From assembly GCA_036172245.1 (NCBI GenBank), contig JAYWIR010000013.1:806001-870000 (forward strand): DNA of 64,000 nt. The letters are read 5' to 3'. The notes beneath the pieces were generated by a model. It saw only the letters and a list, made by a program, of their open reading frames with translations, was not told the origin of the DNA and ran no database searches. Positions 25,729-38,500 of this stretch are shown here, in pieces (the first letter of the stretch is position 1; each line of letters begins with the position of its first letter). The DNA comes from Raillietiella orientalis (lineage: Eukaryota). The position numbers and the translations under genes were made by a program.

Positions 25729-28700
25729 TTCAAAGAGCACCCTTCGCGGACTTTGAGCCAGTCCGTCCGGAGGGAGGCTGCTGCGTCTGCTTCGCCGACC
25801 CGGAGTGGCATCCGGGGAGCAATGAAGCAGAAGAAGAAGATCCATCTGAGCGAGCCTAAAGCAGCAGGCGTCGGCCAGCAGCTCGCGCGCGCCTTGCCGA
25901 CCGTCCTCGTTGAGCAGCGGCGCGCGGCAACCCAGCCGAACCGAAGAGACGCCCAGACGTGCGGACGTTGCGATGACGCGGATCCGAAGAGGCGTTCGTC
26001 AGATTCCGCAGGTGCTCGTTGCCATGGAGAGCAGGGCAGCGGAATCCCAGGAAGTCGGATCCTTCTCTCCGAGAGCGCTCGCGGACTCGTCTGCCGAAGC
26101 GGGCGGTCCCAGCTGGAGACGGTCGGGGCCCCAGCTGAGACCTCAATTGCGTGGGAGTCCCGTCAGGTCATCGAAGAGGTGGAATGCTCGCCCGAAGCCG
26201 TCGGCGAGGATCCTGACGGCGGTGGCCGACACCCGAGTGACCCGACTCCGACGGGATCTCGGAGGTCTGTCGCGGAGGGGTGGTCCGCGCGAGCAGCCTC
26301 CGAGAGTGGTCCAGACGATCTCGGATCCTTTCGCGTCGGGATGCTCCCGCTTCTCCTTCGGTCCAATGAACGGAAGATCGCTCGCTGGACCCGGGATCCA
26401 GTGGCCATCAAGCTCCGCCCAGGATTCGTAAAGAGACCTTCAGGAACAAGTGGAAAAAACCGCTCCCGCGATAGAAGGATGTGTTCGGAGTGACACAGCA
26501 TCTGACCTTCCGTCGACCTCAACAGCGAAAGCAGCGTCTCTTCGCCCCGAACTCCCCAGACCACGCGCTCGTCCTCCGGGGTCTCAGAGGCCGTTTTCCC
26601 GTCTCCGCACCAACGAATCGACGCCGCGATGCACCCGCCCGGTCACCACCCCGGCGCATTACGCGATGTTCCACGGGCGAAGGGAACAGAGCAGCCGGTG
26701 ACCCCAGGCAAGAGCGATCCCGCATCTTGCGCTCTCCCTGCACCGAGATGGACACACGCTCCCTCTCCTCCCTCTCTCCCGAAACTGCGCGCGCCCCTAC
26801 GCCATCGAGACGGAGGCGGCAGTACCTCCCTCTCCCTTCTTTTCCCCTCCGGGAGACTCCGCTCCGATCTCCTGGCGGAATTAGGGGCGGCGCTCCTTCC
26901 CGTCCGCCTTCGGCCGGCGCAGCTTGCCGGCGGAGGAGGCGGCGTGCAAGCGGAGGAGCCTCGCGGTCTGCCGCGTCCGTGCGCCGCAGCCCGAGGTCTG
27001 CCGGAGGCTCGCGGCGCGGCGCGGCGCGGCGCGGCCCGGCGAGGCGGCGGCGGCAGCGGGCGCTGCTGCTGAAGCGGTCGTATTGCGCGTGCGCCGAGGG
27101 AAGCGGAGGAGAGGTAGGTCGCTGCCGCCGCGTGCACCTCCTCCTCAGCGGGCCACACCTCTCCACGGCCTCCTCTCCGCCGTTTCGCGCTCTCTTCTTC
27201 CCGGGAGTTCGTCAAGTGCTGAGGAACCGTCCGCCTCCTCGCGGGGCACCCAAGAAGCTCTCCAACAGCGTTCCACGCCTCCCCGGGGGTGCGCGTAGCT
27301 CTTCTTCAAGTTGTAGGGGACCACCCCACGAATCCAGAAAGGCTCCGGGGGAAGAAAGTCCCCTTCCCCATACGCTCGAGAAGAGAATGGAGACTCCTTC
27401 GTCTCCATTCTCTACGGAGGGGCCCCCGGTTCGTGAAAGTCATTCCTCCGGCGGGGTTGCCCGCTTCCTCTTCCTTCCGAAGCATTTCCCTGAAGAGTGT
27501 TCTCCGAAGGGTGTGGCGTGCTTCTTCACATCCCGGAGAGGTGCCATCAGCTCTACAGCACGACTTTCATTCTCACCCAGGAGGGCTCCTGGGAGGACCC
27601 CGGGAGGTTACCTCCGATTCCGATCAGTTGAAGGGGACCTCTGGCTCCCATCGGTGGCGCTCCCGAACAGGCCGACCAGGTCGTTCTGCGTGGAGGCGGG
27701 AGACTCCAAACCCTTCCCCCGGTCTCAGTTTCCCATGTGCGGGATTCGAACCCGCAGCACCCGGTGCCACGCGCGCGGAGTCCACAGCCAGTCTCCTGCG
27801 TAGTCGCCGACGTGTATCCGCGGGTGTGGGGAGAGGATAAAGGAAGCGGCCGAGCGCGGGAGGGCTTCCTGAGCTAGCCGGGACGGCTGGAGGAGGAGGC
27901 AGACCCTTCCGGAGGCACGCGCCGTTGGAGGAGGAGCGAGTGAGCGAGGGGGAGGAGCCGCGCCGTCCGATCGCGGAGCACGTGCGCAGCTGCCGCGACC
28001 GCCCGCGCGCGTGGCCGAGAGGACCTCCGGGAACGGCGCCTCGGTCGCTGGGAGGAGGCTGCCCGCGACCTCTACTAGCCGGAAGCTCTCGCAGCACGCG
28101 CCGGGTCGCGTCCACGTGATCCTGCTGGCGGAGCTCCGGAAAGTGGACGCGCGGCCGCTGCTGGCTCGGGTTGCGCCTTCCTGATATTCACGGAATGGGG
28201 GAGGGGGAGGAAGGGCGAGAAGGAGAGGAGAGCCGCGACTGAGGGTGTGGCTGCGGTTGCCTTGCTGCTCGGGGCGACGGGAGTCCGCATGAGAAGGGGC
28301 CATGCCGAGATCGACGCTCGGCAGGGGCGCCGGTGGCGGCTCTCCCGCCAGCGCGCTTCCCCTTCCGGGTCCCGCATCTTCCCGGTCCCGAAGGGAGGGA
28401 CGTGCGACCTTCCGCTCTCTCCTGCGGAGCGAGTCTTTGCCCGTTGTCTTCGCGCAAGTTTTGCCGCCGACTGTCACGTGATTCGAGACTCGGAAGGCTG
28501 GCAGCACCCGCTTCGATGGTGCGTCCCGCGTTTGTGGCGCATCGGGACCCGCGGTGGCGCACGTCCGGGTGGCCGTGCGGCGGAGCGGGTGGTGGTGCCG
28601 GACCCAGGGCGGGGTGGCGCGAGAGACCGGCGTCCGCCGGCGAGATTTCCGAGCGGAAAGCTGTGAGACACTTCCCGCTGTCATGGCGCCCTCGCCAACC

Positions 28701-29239
28701 TCCCCGTAGCGGAGCAGCTTGGGGTCCGCAGGGAGGAAGGAGGTGTGACCTCTCTACCTGTGAATTCCGATGGCATGCGAGACTTTCTCCCTCCCCCGGA
28801 TCTACGCTGCCCGTGGAGACCTTTTCTTGGGGATCCGGGCAGCGCCGGAGGTCCGCAAGGGCCTCCATCCGTGGGGCGGGTCCGCAGACCATCCGCCCTA
28901 GGGACCGAATGTACCAGCGGTACTCCGCGTCCCGTTGCGGGCGCAGCGGGGGTTCGGGGGCTCTGGTCGACCCTTGGCCATCCGGGGGACTCTGCCAGAG
29001 GACGCGCCGCAGCATCTGCAGCTGCTTGGATCCCGGATGGTCCGGTGGGGAGGGCAGGTTCTGCCCCTTCTCCAGGAGGAGGACGCCGGTCGTGAGCCTC
29101 TTGTGGAGTTCTCAAGAAGCCCTGAAGAGCCGTCCGCCTCTTCAAGGGGATGAGGGTGGAGTAGGACATCGGAGAGGCCCCCATGATTCCGCTACATGGC
29201 TTCTCACAGACCTCTTTTTCAACACCGTCGTGCCAATTG

Positions 29240-29284
29240 AGGGGGCGCGTGACCCTTCCAGTCAGGGAGGGTCACGCGCCCCCT
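29240..29284. repeat. Perfect inverted repeat, 17-bp arms, 11-nt loop
   Basis: AGGGGGCGCGTGACCCT-TCCAGTCAGGG-AGGGTCACGCGCCCCCT. Confidence 0.95.
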
Positions 29285-31449
29285 TCTGGAGATCCCGAAG
29301 CCTTCCCCTGCCGGAAAAGAGGACCCCGTAGGGAGCACCACTACCCTTATTGATCCAGAGTGGCTCTGGAGGAATGAGTCCGTTCCCCCCTCTTCCTTGG
29401 AGGGAACTCCGTGTTCCTTCGGAGGGACCCCCAGAAAGGGTCCGTGCCACGTTGACTCTTCTGAGAGGGGCGCTCCCTGAAGGGAATAGCGCGCTCCTGA
29501 CACTGTGGAGAGGTGACCTTCGAGGGGGAGGGGTACCAACCTGTTCCATGGAACGCGAAGGAGGGTCTTCCTCGGGGGGTCGTCCCCATTTGCACAACTG
29601 GAGATAGGGGTGGAGGAACCCCGAAAGTGCTCCTTGGTTCCTTCCAGGAAGGTCAACCCGGAGGGTCAACAACTTCCCATCCCGGTTGGTCAGGGTGGCA
29701 TCCGGGGGTTTCCGGCTTGCACCGATGCCACATTCGAAGCTCATAATAGTCCAACCGGCGTCATCCCGTGGGAGAGGATAGGGGGAACCCACGACTGACG
29801 CCTCCATTCTCTGCGCCAACGCGTCCTCCGAGGGGAATGGGGCGTTCGAACCCACGACCCCGGGCACTGCGGCCCTACGGCCTCCAGCACGGATTTTTTC
29901 TCTTCCGAGGTCGCTCAGCGACGCGCTGCCACGGAAAGAAGAGACAGCGCCAGGACCGGGAACGAGCTGTGACGGTCCAGGGAGGATGTGGACACCCCGC
30001 GTCCTTGGAAGGGGAGCGCCCGCTCCTCCTCGAGGACGAAAGAACTTCCACGACGAGCTTTCGGAGCAGTTAGTGGGGCGGGGGAGGGCGACTCGATGCA
30101 TCCGCAGAAAGAGGGAAGGGGCGGAGTGCGTTTCTCACTCCCTTTTTCTCCTCGACAAGCGCGATTCTGATCTGCGGGATGGGCTGGGAGGACGTGTGGG
30201 CAGCTGAAGGAAGGGAGTGAAAGGGAGGGGGGCTGGGGGAGGAAGGGAGGCAGAACGCTCCGGAGATTCCGCGAAAAAGACGAGACTGCAGTCCGCTGGA
30301 TACTACGTGCGTGCAAAAAACTGGAAGTAGGGGGGGGGGGGGGGAGAGGGACTGCGAACGCGAAGATGACCCACGAGAAGCTTCTTCCGCCTGCCCACCA
30401 GCTCTGCCAAGCGCCCCTCAGAAACGGCGGCTCGCACGATCGCACAGAGGCTGCGTGGAGGCGACCTAGTGAGGAGACGCGCGACCTTGTAGATGTCCGT
30501 TTTCCCAGCTCCATCCTGCATCCGCCTCTGCCGGAAAAGAGGAATGGTACAGGAAGGATGCGCGAGAGTGGAGTCCGTGCGGCCAAGGCACCGCGTTGCA
30601 TGCCCGACCCCTTTCGGGGCGAGTTCTCTGGCGGGATTCGGACACGCAAGCACGTGGTCGGGCCCCAGGGGAGCAAAGGAGGAAGATGGTGGGGTTCTCC
30701 GGTGTGCCCAGTCGGCAGCTTGCGCGTGCTTCGCCCTGGTGCGGGTCTAAAATGCTAGTGGCCTCCTCGCGACCAGGCCGTGCGCTAGGGAGATCCCCGG
30801 CCCCCGTCCGGTCCAGAGCCCACGAGCTCCACAAAGTTGCATCCTTGATCCTCATGTGAGATCCGCAGCTTCCCTTCTCTCCTGGAGGAGGAAATGCCTC
30901 CTGGAAAGTTCCCGATGGTGCCCGCTGTCTTTCGGCTCGTTGCAGGTGCGCTTCGGAGCCATGCCCATCGGTCCGACAATCCGCGCGGGCTGCGGGCCGC
31001 GCGGATCGTCGTTTCCCCTTGGAAGCTGCCAACCACGCCGGCGGAGAAAGGAAACTCCGTCCCATCCCGTCTCTCTCCACGGCATTCCCGGCGTGCTCAC
31101 CGGTTTCCTGGAAACGGCTGGAGACGCAGCACGGAGAGAGGAAAGGCTACCGGATTCTTAGCGGGATGGAGATGGCGCCGCGCACGCTTTTCTGCGTGCC
31201 GCCTTCCCACCGCGTCCTCAGCCGGCGGGAGGCGGTGCATCCTCGCCCGGAGCGCGCCGCTTTTTCCCAGGAGCCATGCGTAAACACGGCGTCATCACGA
31301 CAGTTGCTCTCCTATGGTCGTCACCTCCACTGACTACGATCACCTTTCACGTTAGGAACGGGGAAGGGAGGGCGGGGGAACGAAGGAAGGGGGTGATTTC
31401 TACCATCGTTTCCGCCTGTCTCTTCCTTCTGGTCCGTCCTCATGACAGG

Positions 31450-31885
31450 CTGTGATTTTCACAGGTGTACTCATCAACCTTTTGCTGTCCAAGGTCGTCT
31501 TGAATCCGGTGGACATCCCGACCTTTTCGAGCGACTACCTGATGAAGAACTTCAGGGGTTCCTGGTTCCCAGTCTGCTACAACGAATCCAGTGATATCAG
31601 ACAGGTGGCCAAATACGTCTGTCGTGTAACCTTCGGAACTTGCCGGCATCCTTGCAAAGATGCAGGGAGCGCCCTCCAGCACCCAGTGATCCCTTCCCGA
31701 ACCCTCCCCATTTTTTTCGTGTATATTTTTTTTGTTTTATTTTTCTTTTTGTTTGTTTTCCCCTCCCTTCTGACGCCGAGGAGAACCGCGCCGGTACTGC
31801 GCGCCGGTTCTCGGCAGGTTCCCATGGTAACGTGGCAGGACCAAGCGTCCTGCCACTGACTTTATGTTAATTTTTATAAATAAAT
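31450..31885 (+). mobile_element. LINE 3'-end fragment of the same family as 61270-62056
   Basis: Shares ELAGIL-coding GCCGGCAT, CAGTGATCCCTTCCCG, TTTATTTTTCTTTTTGTTT, CGGCAGGT..GTGGCAGG and AATAAA (31879) with the 61.8-62.05 kb copy. Confidence 0.7.
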
Positions 31886-32078
31886 GCCCCAGTGAAACCG
31901 GGTGTAAAACCGTCGGAACCTACGAAGGGCTGCCCACCGTCAACCCGAAACTTCACATTTTCCCAAGTGTGGAAGGACCAAAAGATTCGCTCTGCAACCA
32001 AGGCGGTCTGCGTCCAACGTCCAGATCCAATCTGCGGAACTAGCTTTTTGTCCAAACCGGAACCACCTATAATAGGCG

Positions 32079-32645
32079 TTAACCCTTCGAGTGCCGTGGA
32101 CGCATAGATGCGTCCGACGAAAGCCATCAGCGTGCGCAATGGACGCATATTGGGTTCGGAGAAAATTATCGGCGTGGATTGTGGACTCAAATATGCGTTT
32201 CTCAAATGTTTTTATCTTGTACGCGCGAATAATTAAACATTCTCCATGTTTGAGATGGTACCTACGTTTTTATAATTCCCATAGCAACAGCAGTAAACAA
32301 AATTCTATGTATATCGTCTAACCATGGAGCATAGCCTAATATTGTGGTTGTGTCGTATGTAATTTATTATGTTGTTGATAAATGCACCCAAATGAATTAT
32401 AGATTTTGTTGGAATTATATTTTTTAAATAAATAATACATTTATGGGAAAAATGAAAATATTTCATTTAATGTGATGTGAATAAACAATTCCAGTAGTAA
32501 TTGTAATCAGCACTTTATATCGTCAATCGATACGTCGATCGAGTACGCGGTACGCGCAAAAGCATTCCGTCCACGGGATCGCACCTGCGACTCGCCTGCC
32601 GTCAACGCAACATTTTAATCTGATAAGCTGCACTCAAAGGGTGAT
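32079..32645. mobile_element. Non-autonomous piggyBac-like element (MITE)
   Basis: Left end TTAA|CCCTTCGAGTGC with internal palindrome GGACGCATAGATGCGTCC. Right end GCACTCAAAGGG|TGAT is the inverted repeat with 1 mismatch and a degenerate TTAA. The AT-rich non-coding interior interrupts the GC-rich LINE. Confidence 0.65.
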
Positions 32646-35099
32646 GATGACCCGTCCGATTCTAGATGCCCGAGCGTGCCATTTGCTGATGCTTCCCAGT
32701 ACGTCGCCGCTCTGCTCATCCCAAGACCCCGAATATACTCCGGCGAACGTTTCTGCCGTTGCAGGGACTCTTCTGGAAGCGAAGTGTGCGAGCCAGTCCT
32801 CTTCCTCCCGTCCGGCTCCTCTAGAGCCGTCGCTGAGTGCGTCCTCAGGGGAGCAATCAAGCGGCGTTTAGCATCCTCCCTCATCCCCCTCACCCTGTCG
32901 CCAGAGCTCAAGTTTGAGAAGACCGTCCCCCTCCCCCCAATCGGTGGGGCGCTTGCACGTGTCACCCGAGGGTTCTGTCTGGCAGCCGATTCGCCTCCCC
33001 GCTCAACTGCCCGAAAGGCCAGTCCTCGAAGTCCCTGGCAGCCCCTGTTTCCCCTGCTCTCTCTGGAGCGAGGCCCGTGCCCTGAAGCATTCGCTCCATG
33101 AAGTCGCGTTGCTCCGAGCGCCCGCTATCGGAGTCCCTGCGGGGGTAGTGCGTCCCTCGTGCGTGCGTTCCTGCCCGCCCTCGACCTCTTCGGCTCGAAC
33201 GGCTGCCAGTGCCACTTCGTCCAGCAGCCGAACGGGATTCGAGGGGAATTCGGCTCCACGATCTACAGCTTCCTTCGGGAAAAGGTGCATCGCTCCAGGA
33301 TTTCCCCGAAAATGAGCGCTTGAGCGAAGGAAAGGGGAGTGACTTCTCTCCCGTGCTAACCTCCCTCCGTGGAGGTTCGCGTAGCACCACAGAGCCGGGA
33401 ACACAGCGGCGGCAGGTCACTGGCACTCTTTCGTGGGAGGTGCGCACGCTCCACCTCCCGCATCCTTGGCTCTCCCTCGCGCGTTTCCGACCGTTCGACC
33501 TGACCCTCTTGGTGCCCCTCCCATGGACTCCCCCTTCGGGAGTGACCTCGGAACGCGCCGTGTCAACAGCGAACCTCCGCTTCCCCTCCGGCGCCCTCTT
33601 CGGCTTCGAAAACTCCTGAATCCTGAGGGATCTGTGCACCCAGCTGCCCGACTTAGAGAGGAGAGAGACTTCGTATAGATTGTTGCGTGAGCGTCGGCTG
33701 GTGACTGCAGATCCGTTTCCTCTCCCTGCTTTGCTCCAGCATCCTCCTCTGAGGGTCCCCTCAATGGTCCGCGGGTCGGGTTCGCGCCCACCAAGTGTCC
33801 TCACTCCCGAAACTCCCTCTGCTGCTGGTGTTTCCTTGGCAGCGAGGCGGCCACCTGCCACGAGCTTGCGCATGAGATCTGCATGCAGCGACAACGGTTT
33901 GGAAGAAAGAGCTGTCGGCTGCGGTGCTTTTCTTGCAGCAGCCCTTCTCTTTTAGGTCCCCCTACAATATCCCGAAGAATCCCAAGTCTTCCGACTTCTC
34001 AGTACATCCCGAAGACATCAAGGACCTTACACGCTTCCTGTCCCGTTTCCCTCGAGAGATCCACGAAACTGTTCTGACTTCTCGTCTGGTTTTGAAGGGT
34101 TCTCCAGGCGAGTCAAAGTAGCTGCAAGAACCATGAGCACTTCAGGAAGGTCCTCGATAAGATAACAATAAGAAAATCTGCCCGTCCCGAAGATCTGATT
34201 TTTCGAAGGAGTCCGAGAGCCACGGACGAACGGATCTTCGAGAAACGAGAAAATTTTCTTCCCCGCGTCCTCAGCTTTGAGCTTTACTTGGCTCCGATCA
34301 CTGCTCTCGTGTTCGCCTGTGAGTCCGTCTTGTGGTATTTCTTAGTCACTGGCCACACTTTCGGAGGTAGATGGAGGCAAATCGTGAAAGCAAGGATGAA
34401 CGTGAAAGTGCAAGGAAAAAAAAAGAAAAAAAAAAAAGAGAAGTTGAAGGTAATTAGCGTTAGGCCATCTCTATTTCGCATTCCAAGAGTAACTCGAGAG
34501 GGAAGCCACTACTTGCATGCGTGTCTTTTCGATGTGGTTACTACAGCTTATACAGTCGAATGCGTATATATGGAGAGAATTGAAGGACAAAGCTTATTCG
34601 GTTAGCTGATTTGACCTTTATTTATTTATTTTTTTCTGTTGCTGTTTACCTTCTCTCCTTATTTACTCTGTTTATCGAGTTCTCGTGTACTCTGGTCCTT
34701 GAGAATGCGCAGTAAAATTAGAGTCATTAGTTCGATGCATCTGCACTATGGGATTGGCGTCACAACAATCACGAGCGAATCTCAGCTGCCATGGAAACGG
34801 TGACAGTCGAGGGAAACACCTGCTCGTAACATGGCGACCGCCACCGTTCTCCTGACAGCCTCCACAGAACGTCGCACTTTGATGGGTGGTTTCCTCTATA
34901 AGGCGGCAAGCGTGGGCATCACCAAGAGGAATTGTCCGCCGTTCCCATGGTGGCTGCCAACAAGAATCGACCGATCCCTCCCTTCCAAGGTGGATTCCAT
35001 CCCTTCTCTCGATGTTTTTCCCTACAATATACAGCTCATCGTCTGACATCGCCCCGTGCATGCCTGCGTAGCGCATGCACAGGACGACGTAGGGGGCGC

Positions 35100-35760
35100 G
35101 TGTGCAGCCACGCAGCAAGATGGTTCGGGATTCGCAGATTTCCTCTGCCCCTCGGAGCAGCGGGTTGCAACGAAACTTTGCGGATGTCGTGCCATTTCAG
35201 CCGGCTGTGCGACGCCCCCTGCTGGATGCTGCTCCGGACCTTCATCAGAGGCGACGGCGACGCGCAAGACCACCGCGAAACCGCGAGGGCATCGCGTCTC
35301 CCCATGAGAAGAACCTTCCAGCGGAGCTCTGCCTCCTGTTTCTGATCTCCCCGGCAACCATTCTCTCTTTGCGCGCTTCAGGCGACCGACTCCTTGGAGG
35401 TCACAACGCGAGCAAGAATCTGACCGGCCCTGGGGACGCTTTCGGGACCACGAGTCTTGTACTTCCCTTTCCTTCCCATTCACCGCCACTTACTGACGCG
35501 ACCGCCCCGAAATCACGCGTGACCGCCTTCCGCGCTAGTCTCGGAAAGAAAGCTCCATGGATGCTGAGGACGCATGCCCCTTCCTCTGCGGAAACTGGGC
35601 AAACAAGTGTGCCCGCGCACGCGCCTGACCACCCCCGGTCGCAGCATCCCCAGCAGCACTGTGCGACGGGACCGTGGCTGCATGGATCAACGCCAGAGCA
35701 GGAACTTGCCGGCATCCTTACAAGGATGCCGGCAAGTTCCTGTGCTCCTGCGTCTGGCTT
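35100..35760 (+). mobile_element. Decayed LINE 3' fragment (same family)
   Basis: RLPMRR..PFSLCALQATDSLE..I*PALGTL (zf-RVT-like), then QELAGIL; 35701-35719 is identical to 31635-31653. Confidence 0.55.
35699..35742. repeat. Perfect inverted repeat, 21-bp arms, 2-nt centre
   Basis: CAGGAACTTGCCGGCATCCTT-AC-AAGGATGCCGGCAAGTTCCTG. Confidence 0.95.
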
Positions 35761-36799
35761 CACCCCTGCCGGAGGCCAAGCGAACTGCATTATCCTCTCC
35801 ACCTGCACCATGCCGCTAGGGCGACTCCCACCCTAGTAGCTTTTGGAGATCCCGAAGCCCTCGACATGCTTCCCTTCCGCTCTAGCCTGCCTCCTCGAAG
35901 GAGCACGGCTGCGATACCGCGCTCTCCTTGCCTTGAAGGCGAGGAGGGAGGGGGGGGAGATGAGGCGGAGAGAGGGAGCGCTCGCTGAGCGTCTCTGGAG
36001 CGGTGGTTCCTCTAGGCGTCCGTCCGTCCTCCCTCCTCTGGCTGCTTTCTCTCCCGCCCCTGCGGGACTCTGGGAACGCGCGTCCACGGGCGGCCGAGGG
36101 AAGCGTCCTACGCATACACCCAAAAGGGTCGAGAGGAATCTTCCCCTTCTCCTTCTGTCCACCTCCTCTTCCTGGTCCGCGCTCCTCAGGGAACGGGCGA
36201 TCGGGAGGGATTCCCTCCGATCGACCGTTCGCGTGATCCGCTGGAGGTCTTGTGCTCCTCCCTCGTGGCGGCGGTCCGCTCACGCACCTGCAGAGCGGAT
36301 CCGTGACGGCGTGACCACCCCTCCCCTCCCCTCCCTCCTTCCTCGCCGTCACGGCCAAGCCTCATCAAGGCGATTATCGAAGCTGAGCCTCCATCCGAGG
36401 CCTTCTTCCTCTAGGCTTCCGCTCCTCCTAGCGCGACAGGATGCGGAGCTGTCTCTCGCTCCCTCTCCTCCTTTCGGTTCTGCGGATCTCCAAGGTCAGT
36501 CTTCCTTTTCCTGGGTGCGCAGCGCGCCTCGGGGACGGTGGCTGCCAAGATGCGCGCTGCTGCTCTCGCGCGCGAGAGGAGCGCGTGCACACGCTCACGC
36601 CGGGAGCGACCAGCTCCGTGCCATAGCTCCTACCCACCTATCTATCGGCCCCAGACCTCCATACCGACCCCCATCGAGCGCACCTAGCCCACAGTGTCTG
36701 CATCGCACGATTGCGGGCGGCGTCTCGCGCGTGAGCGCAGAAGGGGAGGGCAGCGGAGGTGCCACTGCTGCCGCTGCCAAGCCGAGCGTCCAGTCACCG

Positions 36800-38500
36800 G
36801 TTCCTTACCAGGGCCTCGCATAGCCCCACCTGCAGAGCCCGCATGGACCGAGGGCTCAGCGAGCTGGCCGTCGAGCTCGGGCGGCTGGGGTTGCCCCGGG
36901 GCTTGGACCCTTCCGGCTTGTACCCTTTCGAAATGACCACCGGCAGTGCAGAAGATGGTAAGCTCGGGAGCGGTGGTCAGTCCTGGGATTGGTCTCGACC
37001 GGAATTCTTCCGGTTCCAGCCTTCAGGACTGGCACTTCCTTTCCTCGGATCTCCAGCTGCCGCTTGCCCCTCCCCCCACTTCGGTTGCCCTCGCTCCACC
37101 TGCTCCCTCCCTCCTCTCTTCCTCTCCTTCCATTCCAGAAGGGGGGAAGGAGGAGAGCGCCATGTCCGGTGCCAACGAGACACACCCTCTGTTCCTTCTG
37201 CTGAGGAATTCTCATCGCATCCTCCGAAGCAACCACGAAGCTCTCTCCCCTCCCAGCTAACCACTTTGAAATGGAGTGCCACCCTGTCCACCGTCCTTGC
37301 CGTGCGGAACTTTCGAAGACGCCGCCAGAGGCGCCGCCGCATACGCAACGGGAAAAATCGCCAGCCCCCTTCAGGGTCTCGGCGTCGCTGGGACACCGCG
37401 ACCCCTGGGAGCAAGCAACCAATGCCCGGGACTCATGCAAGGAGAGTCAAACCCGTCTGGTCCTCCGTGCTCCCGCGGACTTCCTCCAACGTCGTCGTCC
37501 TCAGTCGGCTCCCGTCCCGGTCCCAGAGGAGGGTGCTATCTAGGGATCGGAGTCGGCCTTCCGCAGCCAACTCGGTCCGCTGGTTGCCTTCTCCCCACTG
37601 GAGTCCCGTACCTCTCGGCTCAGGGACAGGGGAGTGCTGCAGGGCCTGCGGCAGCGCCTCACCCCTCTGTAGGAGAACATCTGCACGAGTCAGTCCTCTA
37701 CCTTCCAGCCGACTGTTCCCCTACGTACCCAAAGGGGATCGAGGGGAGGCTTTGTGGTTAAGCTTCCGCGCGTGGCACCATGTGTCGCGGGCTCCAATAC
37801 TCAGGCAAAAACTGACGCTATTGCGTCATTGGGTTCCGAGTTTCTCCTGCAATGGCGCTGGTTGGCCTAATCATTCGGGCATGGCACCGGCGGTGGATTA
37901 AGCCGGAGGCCCCCGATGAAGACCGGAAGAATGGGACTGGACCTTAGGGTCCTTGCAGGAATCAAGGAGTGGGGAGTTCCCCCACCCACTGTCGTGCAAC
38001 GGAGAGCGGACCCCCCTCATCGGGGGACTCCTCCGGTTTCAAGATGGAGCAGGAGCCCTCACGGGCACCTCTCCAGTTGTTCAAAGGAGGACCCACCCTA
38101 TTGCGGGGGGACCCTCCGAGTAGTCGCCTCTTCACAGAGTGCAAGAAAGCAAGCGAGAGCGATTCCCTGCGGTAAGCTGCAGAGCCGCTTAGGAGTTTCG
38201 GAAGCGTCCCTTCGGAGTTCTCTTCAGAGGAGTGAGCAGGAGCAGTTCCCTTGCAGGTTCCCTCCGGAAAAGAAATTCCTAATGGCGGATCCTTTCCCAG
38301 TTCCCTTCGGAGATGAAATGGAGAGGACAACCTCGCTCCCGGGGGGTCCCTCCAGAGAGAATGAGAAAGGAGATTCCTTTCGGGGTTCCCCTTCGGAGAC
38401 AACCAGGGTGGGAGGTGAAATCCCCCCCATCCGGGGGGGATTGCACCTCCCACCCTGGTTGCGGATGCTCCGCAAGCGTGAGAGGAACGAACTCTGAGTC
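36800..38500 (+). mobile_element. Decayed 5' part (ORF1 + APE endonuclease) of a Tx1/L1-type LINE (copy C)
   Basis: ELAVELGRLG..FEMTTGSAEDG and Cys/His knuckle-like CPSPHFGCPRSTC (~37070); frameshifted TNARGL (~37420), NVVVLS, GIGVG and YVPK resemble APE motifs. Confidence 0.4.
38400..38461. repeat. Inverted repeat, 29-bp arms with 1 mismatch, 4-nt loop
   Basis: CAACCAGGGTGGGAGGTGAAATCCCCCCC-ATCC-GGGGGGGATTGCACCTCCCACCCTGGTTG. Confidence 0.95.

Larger units (their letters stand above)
25700..34100 (-). mobile_element. Highly decayed near-full-length Tx1/L1-type non-LTR retrotransposon (copy A), interrupted by later insertions
   Basis: Degenerate motifs fall in the expected order on the minus strand: ORF1 knuckle SHERVPVTCRRC (~33410); APE start SSGDRVRGMREDAKRRLI..ALEE (~32900); GSGPDG (~30810); TDIYKVARLLTR..VSEGR (~30480); SLSDLGREK (~29910); CGIGASRKPP (~29730); CANGDD (YADD-like, ~29585); TVSGAR; YGVLFS; QMLRRVLWQ (~29000); possible zf-RVT remnant ~26000. 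Many frameshifts; boundaries approximate. Confidence 0.6.

Noticed and set aside
27735..27800. tRNA T-arm-like GCGGGTTCGAATCCCGC on the minus strand (similar at ~29845)
   Set aside because: No matching acceptor, D or anticodon stems; at most a SINE B-box relic.
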